DNA of 59,955 nucleotides, the filler included, from an uncultured Clostridia bacterium (lineage in GTDB: Bacteria > Aerophobota > Aerophobia > Aerophobales > B3-G15): NCBI GenBank assembly GCA_964482715.1. It is 2 parts of 2 records of this genome, joined end to end, with 100 filler letters (N's around TTAATTAATTAA, not from the genome) between each part and the next. Parts side by side here need not be neighbours in the genome. Positions count along the whole stretch, not along the records: positions 1 to 30,074 come from CAYZYX010000023.1; 1 more part is not named here. One strand, given 5' to 3'. Made by a program: the position numbers and the translations under genes. Shown in pieces: positions 19,881 to 30,074 of the stretch. The notes under the pieces were generated by a model, which saw nothing but the letters and a program-made list of their open reading frames with translations, did no database searches and was not told where the DNA came from. The stretch's first letter is position 1. Each line of letters opens with the position of its first letter.

Positions 19881-19930
19881 CTTAGCCTAAGTTTAACTAA
19901 AACTTTTCTAAATCATGTCCCTGTTACCTT

Positions 19931-21133
19931 TTAGCCTCTTATTTCTTTAAAGATGTCATCCAGTATTTGTCTGGAACTTGCCTCAAGATGAGCAAAGTCC
20001 TCATCGTTAGAAATGATAAAATCGGCCTTCTTTATTTTTTCCTCCTGAGAAAGCTGAGCTCTTAAAATACCCTGTATTTCTTCAAAAGAGAGGTTAGTTT
20101 TTTTCTTTATCCTTTCCAGCTGTTTTTCTCTGGAACAGTAAACCACTATGATTTTGTCCATAAAGAAATCCCATCCTGCCTCAAAAATAAGAGCTGCCTC
20201 TATCACAACAATTTTATAATTCCCGCCGGTAAGGATTCTCCATATTTCCTCTTTTATAAGCGGGTGAAGCAGGGCATTTAGCTTTTTTAATTTGTCATGG
20301 TCACTAAAGGCAACTTTTCTGATCCTTTCCCGCAGGATCCTATCCTGAAAATTTAATATTTCTTTTCCAAAGGCCTGAGAAAGAGCCGCCTTCACATCCT
20401 CTCTTTCTAAAACTTTATGACCGATTTCATCAGCCTTGATAACTTTCACACCCCATTTTTCAAAATAATCTGCTACCGTGCTTTTTCCCGTACAGATATT
20501 ACCGGTAAGACCAATTAAAATTTTATTCTTTTTTTTAATAATCTGCTGCAGTATCTCTCGAGCCTTATTTAGTGCTCTGGCCCGATGACTGATTTTGTTT
20601 TTCTCCTCCAAAGGTATCTCGGCAAAAGTCTTATCTAACCCTTCAGGCTGAAAAACAGGATCATATCCAAACCCAGCTTTACCCCGGGGATGGGTGGTAA
20701 TTTTCCCCTGACACACCCCCTCTACGAGTTTGTCTTTGATTCTGCTCCCGACCGGCCTGCAAATTGCAATTACACATCTAAAAGTAGCTTTCCTTTTGGG
20801 TTCCGGGACATTTTTCAAAAGAGAAAGAAGTTTCCGATTGTTATCTTCGTAGGAAGCATTTTCACCGGCAAATCTGGAGGAATAAATTCCGGGTGCACCC
20901 CCTAACCACTCTACCTCAAGACCTGAATCATCAGCCAGAGATAATTTTCCAGTGAATTTTGTAGCCTCTTTTGCCTTCAATAGTGCATTTTCTCTCAGAG
21001 TCGATCCATCCTCCTTTATCTTTGGAAACTGGGGGAAATCTTCAAAGGTTAAAATCTCTATCCCTAAATCTCCCAGTATCTTCTTTATCTCTCTAATTTT
21101 ATCAGGATTTCGTGTTGCTAATACCAGTTCCAT
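19931..21133 (-). CDS. rdgB: Fusion: non-canonical purine NTP pyrophosphatase (RdgB/HAM1) + dephospho-CoA kinase (CoaE)
   Basis: N-half ATRNPDK, ADDSGL, PGIYSSR, FGYDPVF, SHRARA; C-half IGLTGNICTGKST, LNALLHP, IEAALIFE, ADFIISN. Confidence 0.88.
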   Translation of the reverse strand: MELVLATRNPDKIREIKKILGDLGIEILTFEDFPQFPKIKEDGSTLRENALLKAKEATKFTGKLSLADDSGLEVEWLGGAPGIYSSRFAGENASYEDNNRKLLSLLKNVPEPKRKATFRCVIAICRPVGSRIKDKLVEGVCQGKITTHPRGKAGFGYDPVFQPEGLDKTFAEIPLEEKNKISHRARALNKAREILQQIIKKKNKILIGLTGNICTGKSTVADYFEKWGVKVIKADEIGHKVLEREDVKAALSQAFGKEILNFQDRILRERIRKVAFSDHDKLKKLNALLHPLIKEEIWRILTGGNYKIVVIEAALIFEAGWDFFMDKIIVVYCSREKQLERIKKKTNLSFEEIQGILRAQLSQEEKIKKADFIISNDEDFAHLEASSRQILDDIFKEIRG

Positions 21134-21849
21134 ACCCCATCACCTAACACCTGTTTTTCTTTTTCAATAATCTGCTCTATCCCCTTTTGAGCAAGATCTA
21201 AAAGCTCCCCAAGAAGCTCCCGGCTGAAAGAGTATCCTTCCCCACTTACCTGAATTTCTACAAACCTTTTTCTACCAGTCATAACAACATTCATATCCAC
21301 ACTGGCTCTGGAGTCTTCCTGAAAAGAAAGATCAAGCAGAGACTCTCCCTCTACTACCCCCACTGATACAGCAGCAAGAAGATCTCTGATAATTGATCCT
21401 TCAACTATTTTTTTCCGCTGTAACCACTGATCGACTTCAACCAAACAGATAAATGAACCTGTAATAGCAGCACACCTTGTGCCTCCATCGGCCTGAAGCA
21501 CATCACAATCAAGCCATATGGTTTGCTCAGGTATTTTATCGAGATTGAGTACAGCTCGCAAAGCTCTACCTATTAACCTCTGAATCTCGTAGGACCTTCC
21601 TTTTTTATGCTCTAATTCTCGAGGAGAGCGATTCGGTGTCGAATAGGGGAGCATAGAGTATTCAGCCGTTAGCCATCCTTTACCTGTTCCTCTTAAAAAA
21701 GCAGGAACTCCTTCCTCTACCATGGCCACACAGAGAACTTTAGTGTTACCAAAACTTATTAAGGTGGAACCCTGGGCATAGTCAATAAATCCTCTCTGGA
21801 TAGAAATTGACCGAAGTTCATCCCTTGCTCGACCATCGATTCGCTTCAT
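21118..21849 (-). CDS. rph: Ribonuclease PH
   Basis: GWLTAEYSMLP, EIQRLIGRALRA and DCDVLQADGGTRCAAITG. Confidence 0.96.
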   Translation of the reverse strand: MKRIDGRARDELRSISIQRGFIDYAQGSTLISFGNTKVLCVAMVEEGVPAFLRGTGKGWLTAEYSMLPYSTPNRSPRELEHKKGRSYEIQRLIGRALRAVLNLDKIPEQTIWLDCDVLQADGGTRCAAITGSFICLVEVDQWLQRKKIVEGSIIRDLLAAVSVGVVEGESLLDLSFQEDSRASVDMNVVMTGRKRFVEIQVSGEGYSFSRELLGELLDLAQKGIEQIIEKEKQVLGDGVWNWY

Positions 21850-22400
21850 AATGGAGCCTTCCTATCTCCAATTTTTTCGTAGATGTCCTCTCCCTGAGTA
21901 TCAATTCCTACAATTAAAGGAAAATCTACAACTTCCAGTTCATGCACAGCTTCGGGACCTAATTCTTCAAAGGCTACAATCCGTGCTTTTTTGATTCTGG
22001 CAGAAAGATAGGCCCCGCCGCCAGCTAAAGTTAAAAAATATACAGCTTTATACCTACACATTAGCTCTCTTATCTTTGGAGAACGTTGACCTTTGCCAAC
22101 AGTAGCTTTCACTCCAGCTCTCAAAAGAGGACAGGTTAGATCATCCATTCTGTAGCTTGAGGTTGGGCCACAACTTCCAATTACTTTCCCTGGAGGAGCA
22201 GGAGTTGGAGCTGCGTAATAGATTATCTGGTCTTTCAAATCAAAGGGAAGAGGTTCCTGCAACTCCAGCATCCTTACAATTCGCATATGAGCTGCATCTC
22301 GGGCGGTATACATCTTCCCTGTTAGGAGTACTTCCTGTCCAGCTCGCAGAGTAAAAAGAACCTTCTCCTTCAATGGAGTATATATTCTAACCTGATTCAT
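21846..22400 (-). CDS. Class I fumarate hydratase/tartrate dehydratase beta subunit
   Basis: TARDAAH, GSCGPTSSYRMD and ELGPEA motifs. Confidence 0.9.
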   Translation of the reverse strand: MNQVRIYTPLKEKVLFTLRAGQEVLLTGKMYTARDAAHMRIVRMLELQEPLPFDLKDQIIYYAAPTPAPPGKVIGSCGPTSSYRMDDLTCPLLRAGVKATVGKGQRSPKIRELMCRYKAVYFLTLAGGGAYLSARIKKARIVAFEELGPEAVHELEVVDFPLIVGIDTQGEDIYEKIGDRKAPL

Positions 22401-22615
22401 TTTTCCTTTTTATCTTCTGTGGAAGAAGGAAAATTCTCCTGAAGCCATCGGTGAGCTCTGCTTACAGTATCAAAAATTTTTCCCAAAAGGATGCCTAAAA
22501 AAACAAGGAATATAACAAGCAATACAGGCCAGGCTACAATGATTAAAAGAGCTATGAAGAACCCTATTATTCCTCCTAAAATTTTGCCCTTATTATCCTT
22601 GATAACTTTTAACAT
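22397..22615 (-). CDS. Small membrane protein (DUF2273-like)
   Basis: 72 aa, NKGKILGGIIG followed by two hydrophobic helices; ATGA overlap with the next gene. Confidence 0.7.
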   Translation of the reverse strand: MLKVIKDNKGKILGGIIGFFIALLIIVAWPVLLVIFLVFLGILLGKIFDTVSRAHRWLQENFPSSTEDKKEK

Positions 22616-22622
22616 CTATTTT

Positions 22623-23729
22623 TTACCCATGTTGTTTTCTCAGAAAAGTAGGGACATCAAGATCATGTTCGTCATAAATTTCAAGCTCTTTTTGAACAGG
22701 TTTTTCTGAATCTTCAACTTCAAGTTCAGGAATTTCTGCAACCGTCGAGAGCAAGGTTATAACCATCTGCCCGGCCAGGGATTTGTCTGGGTAAACTCCA
22801 AATTTAAGAGGAAGAGAAGGGGTAAATTTTTTTTCCAGAGTCAGAACAATCTGCTCCAGATGAGCCAAACCAAAATCTACTCCGCAAGACACATGAAGAA
22901 GGAGGTTTCTTGCCTTTTGAATGGAAACTTTCCCCCATATAGATGAACGAAGGATATCATCCAGAGATTCCTCATCAAAATTTTCCCTCTGGAACTTTCC
23001 GGTGAAGACCATCAAACGACCTCTCTTTTCCAGAAAGCTTCTAAAATCTGCAAAATCTAAATCAATTATTCCTCGTTTGTAAAGTATATGCTCTACTGCC
23101 TTTAGTAAATTCTCAAAGACTTCATCTATTTTTGTGAAAGCTTCCTCAATTGAAAGGGGTGGATTAGCTGAATTTTCTCTATCAAGCTGAAGGAGAACAT
23201 CGTTAGAAACAATCACTCCACCATCAACAAGCTGCCATAGCTTTGCCAGTGACTGTTTGGCAGCAAGAACTCTCTCTTTTCCCTCAAAATAAAAAGGAAG
23301 AATGAAAAAGCCGATACTTAAACAACCCATCTCTCTTGCTATCTTCAGAAGGACAGGTGAAGCACCCGAACCAGTACCTTTTCCTAAGCCACATACCACA
23401 AAGAGAAGATCTACTCCACTCAATAAGCTTCTTATCTCTTCCTCTGCCTCTTCAGCAAACCTGCCAGCCATTTCCCTATCGCCTCCGGTCCCCCACCCCC
23501 GATTAGCAGAAGTACCCAGTTGAAATTTTTCTACCTCACCACAAATTTTTAATGTTTGACTGCTGGAATCAATAGCTACAAAATTTATATTGTTCCAGGC
23601 ATGGGTATGAATACGGGAAATAACGCCACAGCCGGCACCACCAACTCCAACAACTCTTATCTTTGGTCCACTAACTTCTATTTGGTCTTTTTTCTTCTTT
23701 TGAAAATTGCCTGACTCAAACTGAATCAA
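22623..23729 (-). CDS. ftsZ: FtsZ-family protein (divergent)
   Basis: IRVVGVGGAG, GLGKGTGSGASP, PFYFEG, IDLDFAD and the C-terminal core peptide DLDVPTFLRK. Confidence 0.85.
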   Translation of the reverse strand: MIQFESGNFQKKKKDQIEVSGPKIRVVGVGGAGCGVISRIHTHAWNNINFVAIDSSSQTLKICGEVEKFQLGTSANRGWGTGGDREMAGRFAEEAEEEIRSLLSGVDLLFVVCGLGKGTGSGASPVLLKIAREMGCLSIGFFILPFYFEGKERVLAAKQSLAKLWQLVDGGVIVSNDVLLQLDRENSANPPLSIEEAFTKIDEVFENLLKAVEHILYKRGIIDLDFADFRSFLEKRGRLMVFTGKFQRENFDEESLDDILRSSIWGKVSIQKARNLLLHVSCGVDFGLAHLEQIVLTLEKKFTPSLPLKFGVYPDKSLAGQMVITLLSTVAEIPELEVEDSEKPVQKELEIYDEHDLDVPTFLRKQHG

Positions 23730-23738
23730 TTTAAACTC

Positions 23739-24752
23739 CTAAAATTGTCTTAGAAATCTGAGGTCATTTTGAAAAAAAAGTCGTATGTCATCTATACCGT
23801 ATTTCAGCATACAGATTCTCTCCACTCCCATTCCAAAAGCAAAACCCTGATACTTTTCCGGATCATAGCCAACTTTTTTAAAAACTTCAGGGTCTACCAT
23901 CCCTGACCCCAGAATTTCAAGCCACCCTTTATTGGAACAAACCTTACATCCAGAACCACCACAGATAATACAACTTATGTCAACTTCAGCACTTGGCTCG
24001 GTGAAAGGGAAATAGCTGGGACGAAAACGGAGTTTGGTATTTTTGCCAAACATCTGATGGACAAAATAAGTAAGAGAACCTTTCAAATCAGCAAAAGTAA
24101 TGTTTTTATCTACAGCAAGTCCCTCTACCTGGTGAAATACGGGAAAATGGGAAGCATCAATTGCATCTCTTCTATAGCAACGTCCGGGAGAGATCATTCT
24201 GATGGGAGGATTATACTTTTCCATTACTCTTATTTGAACAGGAGATGTTTGGGTTCTCAGAAGATAATCACTATCGATATAAAAGGAATCCTGCTCATCT
24301 CTGGCTGGATGATACTTGGGCATGTTCAAAGATTCAAAATTGTAATATTCTGTTTCTATCTCAGGACCCGTTATTACTTGAAATCCTAACCTCATAAAAA
24401 TGTTTTTAATTTCATCCAGAGTTTGAGTTAAGGGATGAATTTTCCCTGCTTGAGGTTTTTTTCCGGGAAATGTTACATCAACCACTCTTTTTTCTTTTTC
24501 TTGTTTTAGAGTTTCTTCTTTGGTTCTTAGAAGGTCTTCGGCTCTTTTTTTCAGTTGATTTAAAATATTACCTACCCGAGGTTTTTCCTCAGGAGGAAGT
24601 TTGGGTATCTCTTTCAGAAGAGAGGTAATTTCTCCCTTTTTTCTACCCAATAGTTTTATCCTCAAATCTTCCAGATCCTGACGGGTACTAACGCTTTTTA
24701 TCCTTTTCTCCAGATTTTTACTTATTTGGTTTATCCTCTCTATTATTTCCAT
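23739..24752 (-). CDS. pheS: Phenylalanine-tRNA ligase alpha subunit
   Basis: [37 protein letters not shown] and [10 protein letters not shown]. Start reassigned to ATG 24752. Confidence 0.97.
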   Translation of the reverse strand: MEIIERINQISKNLEKRIKSVSTRQDLEDLRIKLLGRKKGEITSLLKEIPKLPPEEKPRVGNILNQLKKRAEDLLRTKEETLKQEKEKRVVDVTFPGKKPQAGKIHPLTQTLDEIKNIFMRLGFQVITGPEIETEYYNFESLNMPKYHPARDEQDSFYIDSDYLLRTQTSPVQIRVMEKYNPPIRMISPGRCYRRDAIDASHFPVFHQVEGLAVDKNITFADLKGSLTYFVHQMFGKNTKLRFRPSYFPFTEPSAEVDISCIICGGSGCKVCSNKGWLEILGSGMVDPEVFKKVGYDPEKYQGFAFGMGVERICMLKYGIDDIRLFFQNDLRFLRQF

Positions 24753-26268
24753 TGGTCTTTCCCGAACTGTGGTAAAGATAACGGTTAATTGCATTAATAT
24801 AGGCTTTAGCGCTGGCTTCAATTATATCAGTAGAGGCACCTCTTCCTGCTACTATTGTATCTCCACCTTTAATTCTAACGGTTACCTCACCCACAGCATC
24901 CTTCCCTCCGGTGATTGCCTGAAGAGAATACTCTACAAGAGTCAAATTCATTCCGCATATTCGATCTATAGCTTTGTAAACAGCATCAATGGGACCATCT
25001 CCGCAAGCAGCTTCCTGAAAGATCTCATCACCTTTTTTTATTCTTACCGTTGCCGTCGGAAGAATCTGATTTCCAGTAACAATGTGAATATAATCAAGAG
25101 TAAAAACCTCAGGAACTCTGGTGATCTGTTCTTCTACAATGAAGATAAGGTCTTCGTCAAATATTTCCTTTTTCTTATCAGCAAGAATTTTAAAAGCCTG
25201 AAAAGCTTTTTCCAGTTCTTCTTCACTCAAATAAAACCCCAGTTTTTTTAATCTTTCTTTAAAAGCGTGGCGACCGGAAAGTTTACCCAGAACAAGTTCA
25301 CTCTCTTTTAGCCCGATGGAAGCAGGAGTCATAATTTCGTAAGTGGAGGATTTTTTCAAAACACCATCCTGATGGATTCCCGATTGGTGACGAAAAGCAT
25401 TTTTACCTACAATTGCTTTATTTGGCTGAATGGGAATACCGGTAAGGTGAGAAACCAGACGGCTTGTCCTGTAAATCTGGTTAGCCTTAATCCCGGTGTA
25501 GTAGTTAAAGAAATCTTTTCGGGTCTGAATGGCCATAACTATTTCTTCCAGAGCAGCATTTCCTGCGCGCTCACCAATCCCGTTAACAGTACACTCTATC
25601 TGTCTTGCACCTGCCTCTATTGCACTTAGAGAATTTGCTGTAGCAAGCCCAAGATCATTATGACAGTGAACACTAATTACTACTTTATCAATACTGGAAA
25701 CGTGTTTAAATACATTTTGTATCAATCTCTTAAACTCTTCGGGTACAGAGTAGCCAACCGTATCCGGAATGTTGACAACTGTAGCACCTGCCTCAATAAC
25801 AGCCAAAATTATTTCATTCAGAAACACAGGATCACTTCGAGAGGCATCTTCAGGCGAGAACTCTACCTCCTCGGTGTATTCTCGGGCAAGTTTAACTGCG
25901 TCTACAGCGAGTTTTAATACTTCAGATGGAGATTTCCGGAGCTTGTAGTCCATATGAATAGGTGAGGTAGCGATAAAAGTGTGAATCCTTCCTTTCTTTG
26001 CCCTCTTAAGAGCCTCTCCTGCTTTACGAATGTCACCGGGTAAAGTCCTGGCTAAAGCAGTTATAACAGGGTTTCCTATTTCCTGAGCAATTCTCTTAAC
26101 TGCTTCAAAATCCCCCGGGGAGGAAGCGGGAAAACCAGCCTCAATTACATCGACATTCAGTTTTTCCAGTTCATGGGCAATTTTTAACTTTTCATCTATG
26201 GTAAGAGAGACCCCCGGTGTCTGCTCTCCATCCCGGAGTGTTGTATCGAATATGAATATTTTTTCCAT
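24718..26268 (-). CDS. leuA: 2-isopropylmalate synthase
   Basis: [34 protein letters not shown] and a C-terminal regulatory domain (GDGPIDA). Confidence 0.95.
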   Translation of the reverse strand: MEKIFIFDTTLRDGEQTPGVSLTIDEKLKIAHELEKLNVDVIEAGFPASSPGDFEAVKRIAQEIGNPVITALARTLPGDIRKAGEALKRAKKGRIHTFIATSPIHMDYKLRKSPSEVLKLAVDAVKLAREYTEEVEFSPEDASRSDPVFLNEIILAVIEAGATVVNIPDTVGYSVPEEFKRLIQNVFKHVSSIDKVVISVHCHNDLGLATANSLSAIEAGARQIECTVNGIGERAGNAALEEIVMAIQTRKDFFNYYTGIKANQIYRTSRLVSHLTGIPIQPNKAIVGKNAFRHQSGIHQDGVLKKSSTYEIMTPASIGLKESELVLGKLSGRHAFKERLKKLGFYLSEEELEKAFQAFKILADKKKEIFDEDLIFIVEEQITRVPEVFTLDYIHIVTGNQILPTATVRIKKGDEIFQEAACGDGPIDAVYKAIDRICGMNLTLVEYSLQAITGGKDAVGEVTVRIKGGDTIVAGRGASTDIIEASAKAYINAINRYLYHSSGKTNGNNREDKPNK

Positions 26269-26415
26269 TATTGACTTCCTCAATTTTCAATTGGGAGAAT
26301 TTTTACAAATACTATATCATAGTAAGTTAAAAAGTCCAGACCCATTTTGCGCAACTGGGGGTAAATTTTATTAAACTCTTTCTTTCAAGTTTCGGATATT
26401 CTACAGGAGGGTATG

Positions 26416-27906
26416 CTAAGCCGTAGCTAAAACTCTGTTGACAGCCTTTTTCCAACCCTGGTAGAGCAATTCAGCTTTTTCTCTTTTCATTTTAGGTAAA
26501 AACTCTTCACTTTTGATCGGAAGATGAATTATATCTTGAGAATCCCAAAAACCAATTGTAAGACCAGCCATAAGAGCGGCTCCCAGGGCACTGACTTCTT
26601 TTTCAATAGGCCTTTCCAGAGAAAGACCCAAAATATCTGCTTGAAATTGTATTAAAAAGTCGTTATTTGAAACCCCTCCGTCAACCATCAATTTATCTAT
26701 CTTTAACCTGCTCTCTCTACTTATAAGTTCCATAAGATCCCTTACCTGATAGGCTATTGCTTCCAGGGTAGCTCTGACAATGTGTTCTTTTTTTGTACCT
26801 CTGGTAATTCCCAGTATAGCTCCCCTTGCTTTAGTATCCCAATAAGGAGCTCCTAAACCAACCAGTGCAGGAACAAAGTACACTCCTGCTGTATCTTTTA
26901 CTTTTTTAGCTAAAGATTCCGTCTGGGCTACATTGTCTAATATTCCCAATCCTTCCTTTAACCACTCAATGGCAGCCCCAGCAATGAAAACGCTACCCTC
27001 TAAAGCATAAACTGGTTTTCCTCTTTCATCACAGGCTAAAGTCAACAAAAAACCTCTGGGAGGAGTAACTGCTGTCTTTCCGCAATTTACCAGAAAAAAA
27101 CACCCTGTGCCATAAGTATTTTTCGCCATCCCGGGAAAGAAACAACGATGACCAAAAAGGGAGGCTTGCTGATCACCCAATATTCCACTTATAGGAATTC
27201 CTGCAGGGATAAAATCCAGATTTGCTGTATAACCAAAAAGACTGTTAGAGGGTAAAACTTCAGGAAGAATTTCTTTCGGAATCTCCAGATTGCTCAGTAT
27301 TTCTCCGTCCCACTCCAGATTATGGATGTTGAAAAGCATGGTTCGGGAGGCATTTGTATAATCGGTGAGATGAACCTTACTACCGCTTAGTTTCCACAAA
27401 AGGTAGGTGTCAACGGTTCCGAATAGTATTTTACCTTTTTTTATTTTATTTTTCAAGAAAGGAAAGTTCTCAATAAACCACTTTATTTTACTGGCAGAAA
27501 AGTAAGGATCAAGAGTAAGTCCTGTCTTTTCCCGAATCAGTGCACCCAGTCCCGACTTTTCCCATTCTTCGCATATCTTATCGGTTCTTCGACATTGCCA
27601 GACTATTGCTCTGTATACTGGATTTCCGGTATCTTTATCCCATAGCAACGTGGTCTCTCGCTGGTTGGAAATCCCAATAGCTATAATTTCATGAGGAGGT
27701 ATTTTTCCCGCTTGCAATACTTCCTTGATAACAGTCAAGCTACTCTGCCAGATTTCTCCAGGGTCTTGCTCTACCCAACCTGGATAAGGATAGTATTGGG
27801 TAATATTCCGGTAGCTTTGCTGCACATAGTTTCCCCTCCGGTCAAAAACTACAGCTCTTGTTCCTGTTGTTCCCTGGTCTATAGCCAAAACATACTTACC
27901 AGACAT
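26416..27906 (-). CDS. glpK: Glycerol kinase
   Basis: IDQGTTGTR, NQRETT, IVWQCRRT, DPYFSASK, GDQQA, KNTYGTG and GLGAPYWD. Confidence 0.95.
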   Translation of the reverse strand: MSGKYVLAIDQGTTGTRAVVFDRRGNYVQQSYRNITQYYPYPGWVEQDPGEIWQSSLTVIKEVLQAGKIPPHEIIAIGISNQRETTLLWDKDTGNPVYRAIVWQCRRTDKICEEWEKSGLGALIREKTGLTLDPYFSASKIKWFIENFPFLKNKIKKGKILFGTVDTYLLWKLSGSKVHLTDYTNASRTMLFNIHNLEWDGEILSNLEIPKEILPEVLPSNSLFGYTANLDFIPAGIPISGILGDQQASLFGHRCFFPGMAKNTYGTGCFFLVNCGKTAVTPPRGFLLTLACDERGKPVYALEGSVFIAGAAIEWLKEGLGILDNVAQTESLAKKVKDTAGVYFVPALVGLGAPYWDTKARGAILGITRGTKKEHIVRATLEAIAYQVRDLMELISRESRLKIDKLMVDGGVSNNDFLIQFQADILGLSLERPIEKEVSALGAALMAGLTIGFWDSQDIIHLPIKSEEFLPKMKREKAELLYQGWKKAVNRVLATA

Positions 27907-27909
27907 GGA

Positions 27910-28653
27910 TCAGAGAAGATCACCTCTTTGAACAAGGATTTGATAGGCTTTCTTTAATTCCTCAGGGGTGTTTACACCCATAGCTACACAAGGATCAGGG
28001 ACAGCAAGGGCATAGATTTTTTCTCCCCTTTCGTGAAGCAGTCCAAATATATCGGTAAGGTACACCTCTCCTGTAATTCTGTTTGGTTCAAGCAAAGAAA
28101 GCAATGGCAGAATCTTTTGAGTTTCAAAACAATAAATTCCCGAGTTTATCTCTCTTATTTTTAATTCATCCGGGGTTGCATTTTTACTTTCAACTATTTT
28201 TTTCACACCTTCATACCCGTTCCGGATTACTCTCCCATATGCTCCGGGGTCGGGCAAAAAAGCGGTTAAAATTGTTGCAGCAGGTTTTTTTTCTCGGTGA
28301 TAATGCACCAATTTTTGCAAAATAAAAGGGGAAACAAATGGAGCATCACCTGGCAAAACAAGAAGTTCACCCTTAAAATTCGAAATAGAAGGGATGACTC
28401 TCCTCAAAGCATCTCCTGTTCCCAGTCTTTTTTCCTGATAAATGTATTCATATCCACTCCCCAGGACTTCTTTTATTTTATCCGATTGATGTCCCACTAC
28501 CACAATTATTCTTTCTACCCCGGCTTTAAAACAGGCTTCAGCCGGAAATTCTACCAGACAGCGCCTGCCAAGGCGATGCAATAGTTTACTTACCTCGGAT
28601 CTCATTCTTTTACTTTCACCAGCTGCCAGAATCACAGCAGTTACATTTTTCAC
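27910..28653 (-). CDS. glmU: GlmU-like nucleotidyltransferase, N-terminal uridyltransferase domain only
   Basis: ILAAG..KRMRS, QEKRLGTG, GDAP, YGRVIR, EINSGIY, EVYLTD, GVN. Stops before any hexapeptide acetyltransferase domain. GTG 28653 has an AGGAG RBS. Confidence 0.8.
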   Translation of the reverse strand: MKNVTAVILAAGESKRMRSEVSKLLHRLGRRCLVEFPAEACFKAGVERIIVVVGHQSDKIKEVLGSGYEYIYQEKRLGTGDALRRVIPSISNFKGELLVLPGDAPFVSPFILQKLVHYHREKKPAATILTAFLPDPGAYGRVIRNGYEGVKKIVESKNATPDELKIREINSGIYCFETQKILPLLSLLEPNRITGEVYLTDIFGLLHERGEKIYALAVPDPCVAMGVNTPEELKKAYQILVQRGDLL

Positions 28654-28728
28654 TTTTTCACTCCTGAAACACATTAATAAACTGTCACTAAATTAACACT
28701 AAAAAGATTTTTGTCAATGCAGACTGAT

Positions 28729-28783
28729 CTGAAATTGGGTAGCTTTCTCATGAAGATATAGGCAAAAAGTATCCCAATGTCAG
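28729..28783. repeat. Short element with imperfect terminal inverted repeats (MITE-like or paired operator)
   Basis: CTGAAATTGGGTAGCTTT...AAAGTATCCCAATGTCAG. Related ends occur at 42113-42218 and 41067. Confidence 0.5.
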
Positions 28784-28857
28784 AAAGGAAATGTTGACAA
28801 ACAGAATAGTAAAGATATATTTTGTAACGACGGTATCTCTTTAACTGGAGGAGAAAA

Positions 28858-30074
28858 GTGTGCGGTATTGTTGGTTATACTGGACTTAAGGATTGCAGAG
28901 GAATTCTTCTGGCCGGCCTGAAACGCCTCGAATATAGAGGTTACGACAGTTGGGGTTTTAGTTTCATCAAAGATAAAAAACTTGTCACTCTAAAACGAGC
29001 AGGAAGAATTTCTGAAAATGAGAAATGTTTGGGAGAATTACCTGAAAATTGCTTTACTGGAATTGCTCATACTCGGTGGGCAACTCATGGGTCACCCAAT
29101 CATGTAAATGCACACCCTCATCTTGACTGCCGGTTAGATATTGCAGTGGTACACAATGGAATTATTGAAAATTACGCAACTTTAAAAGAAAAGCTTCAGG
29201 AAGAAGGGCACATTTTTAGAAGCGAAACAGATACGGAAATTATTGCCCATCTTCTGGAAAAGTATTACCAGGGTGAAATGGTAGAGGCACTAAAAGAGAC
29301 CATGCAAAGATTAATAGGGACATTTGGACTTGCCATAATTTGTCGACACGAACCCAAAGTTTTATATGGAGCACGTCGAGGTAGTCCTCTGATAATAGGT
29401 ATAGGTGAAGGAGAAATGTTTCTTTCTTCAGATGTAAATGCTTTGGTAGAACATACCCGGCAGGTAATATATCTTGAGGATGATGAAATTGCTATCTTAA
29501 CCCCGGATTCCTTTAAAATTGTCAGTTTAAACAAACAGATACTCGAAAAAAAGGTGTATACGGTTCCCTTTGATGCTGCCTGTCTGGAAAAGGGAGGTTA
29601 TCCTCATTTTATGCTTAAAGAAATTTTTGAGCAGCCTGAATCTTTGCATAATGCCTTCCGGGGAAGACTTGATTATCAGCGAGCCACAGCGAAATTTGGA
29701 GGTCTTGATCTTACTTACTCAGAGTTAACCTCCATACGAGGTATAAAAATTCTTGGTTGCGGTACTTCCTGGCATGCGGCACTTGTTGGTAAATATCTTT
29801 TTGAGGAATTAGCTCGTATTCCTACTGAAGTGGACTATGCCTCAGAATTCAGATACCGTGACCCCATTATTCCTAAAGACACACTGGTAATTGCTATTTC
29901 CCAATCTGGAGAAACAGCAGATACTTTAGCTGCGGTGAGGGAGGCTAAAAAAAGAGGCACCAAGGTACTCGGTATCTGTAATGTGGTAGGAAGCTCTATA
30001 GCGAGGGAATGTGGAAGGGGTATATATCTGCATGCCGGGCCTGAAATAGGTGTAGCCTCTACCAAGGCTTTTAC
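28858..30074 (+). CDS. glmS: Glutamine-fructose-6-phosphate aminotransferase (partial, cut by contig end)
   Basis: MCGIVG, LEYRGYDS, HTRWATHG, HNGIIEN, SQSGETADT and GPEIGVASTKAF. Confidence 0.96.

Noticed and set aside
26269-26415. T-box or leader-peptide attenuator for leuA/pheS
   Set aside because: No T-box consensus, terminator or Leu-rich leader ORF was seen.
28800-28857. glmS ribozyme
   Set aside because: The promoter (TTGACA at 28794) leaves only a leader of about 30 nt, and no ribozyme-like structure is visible.
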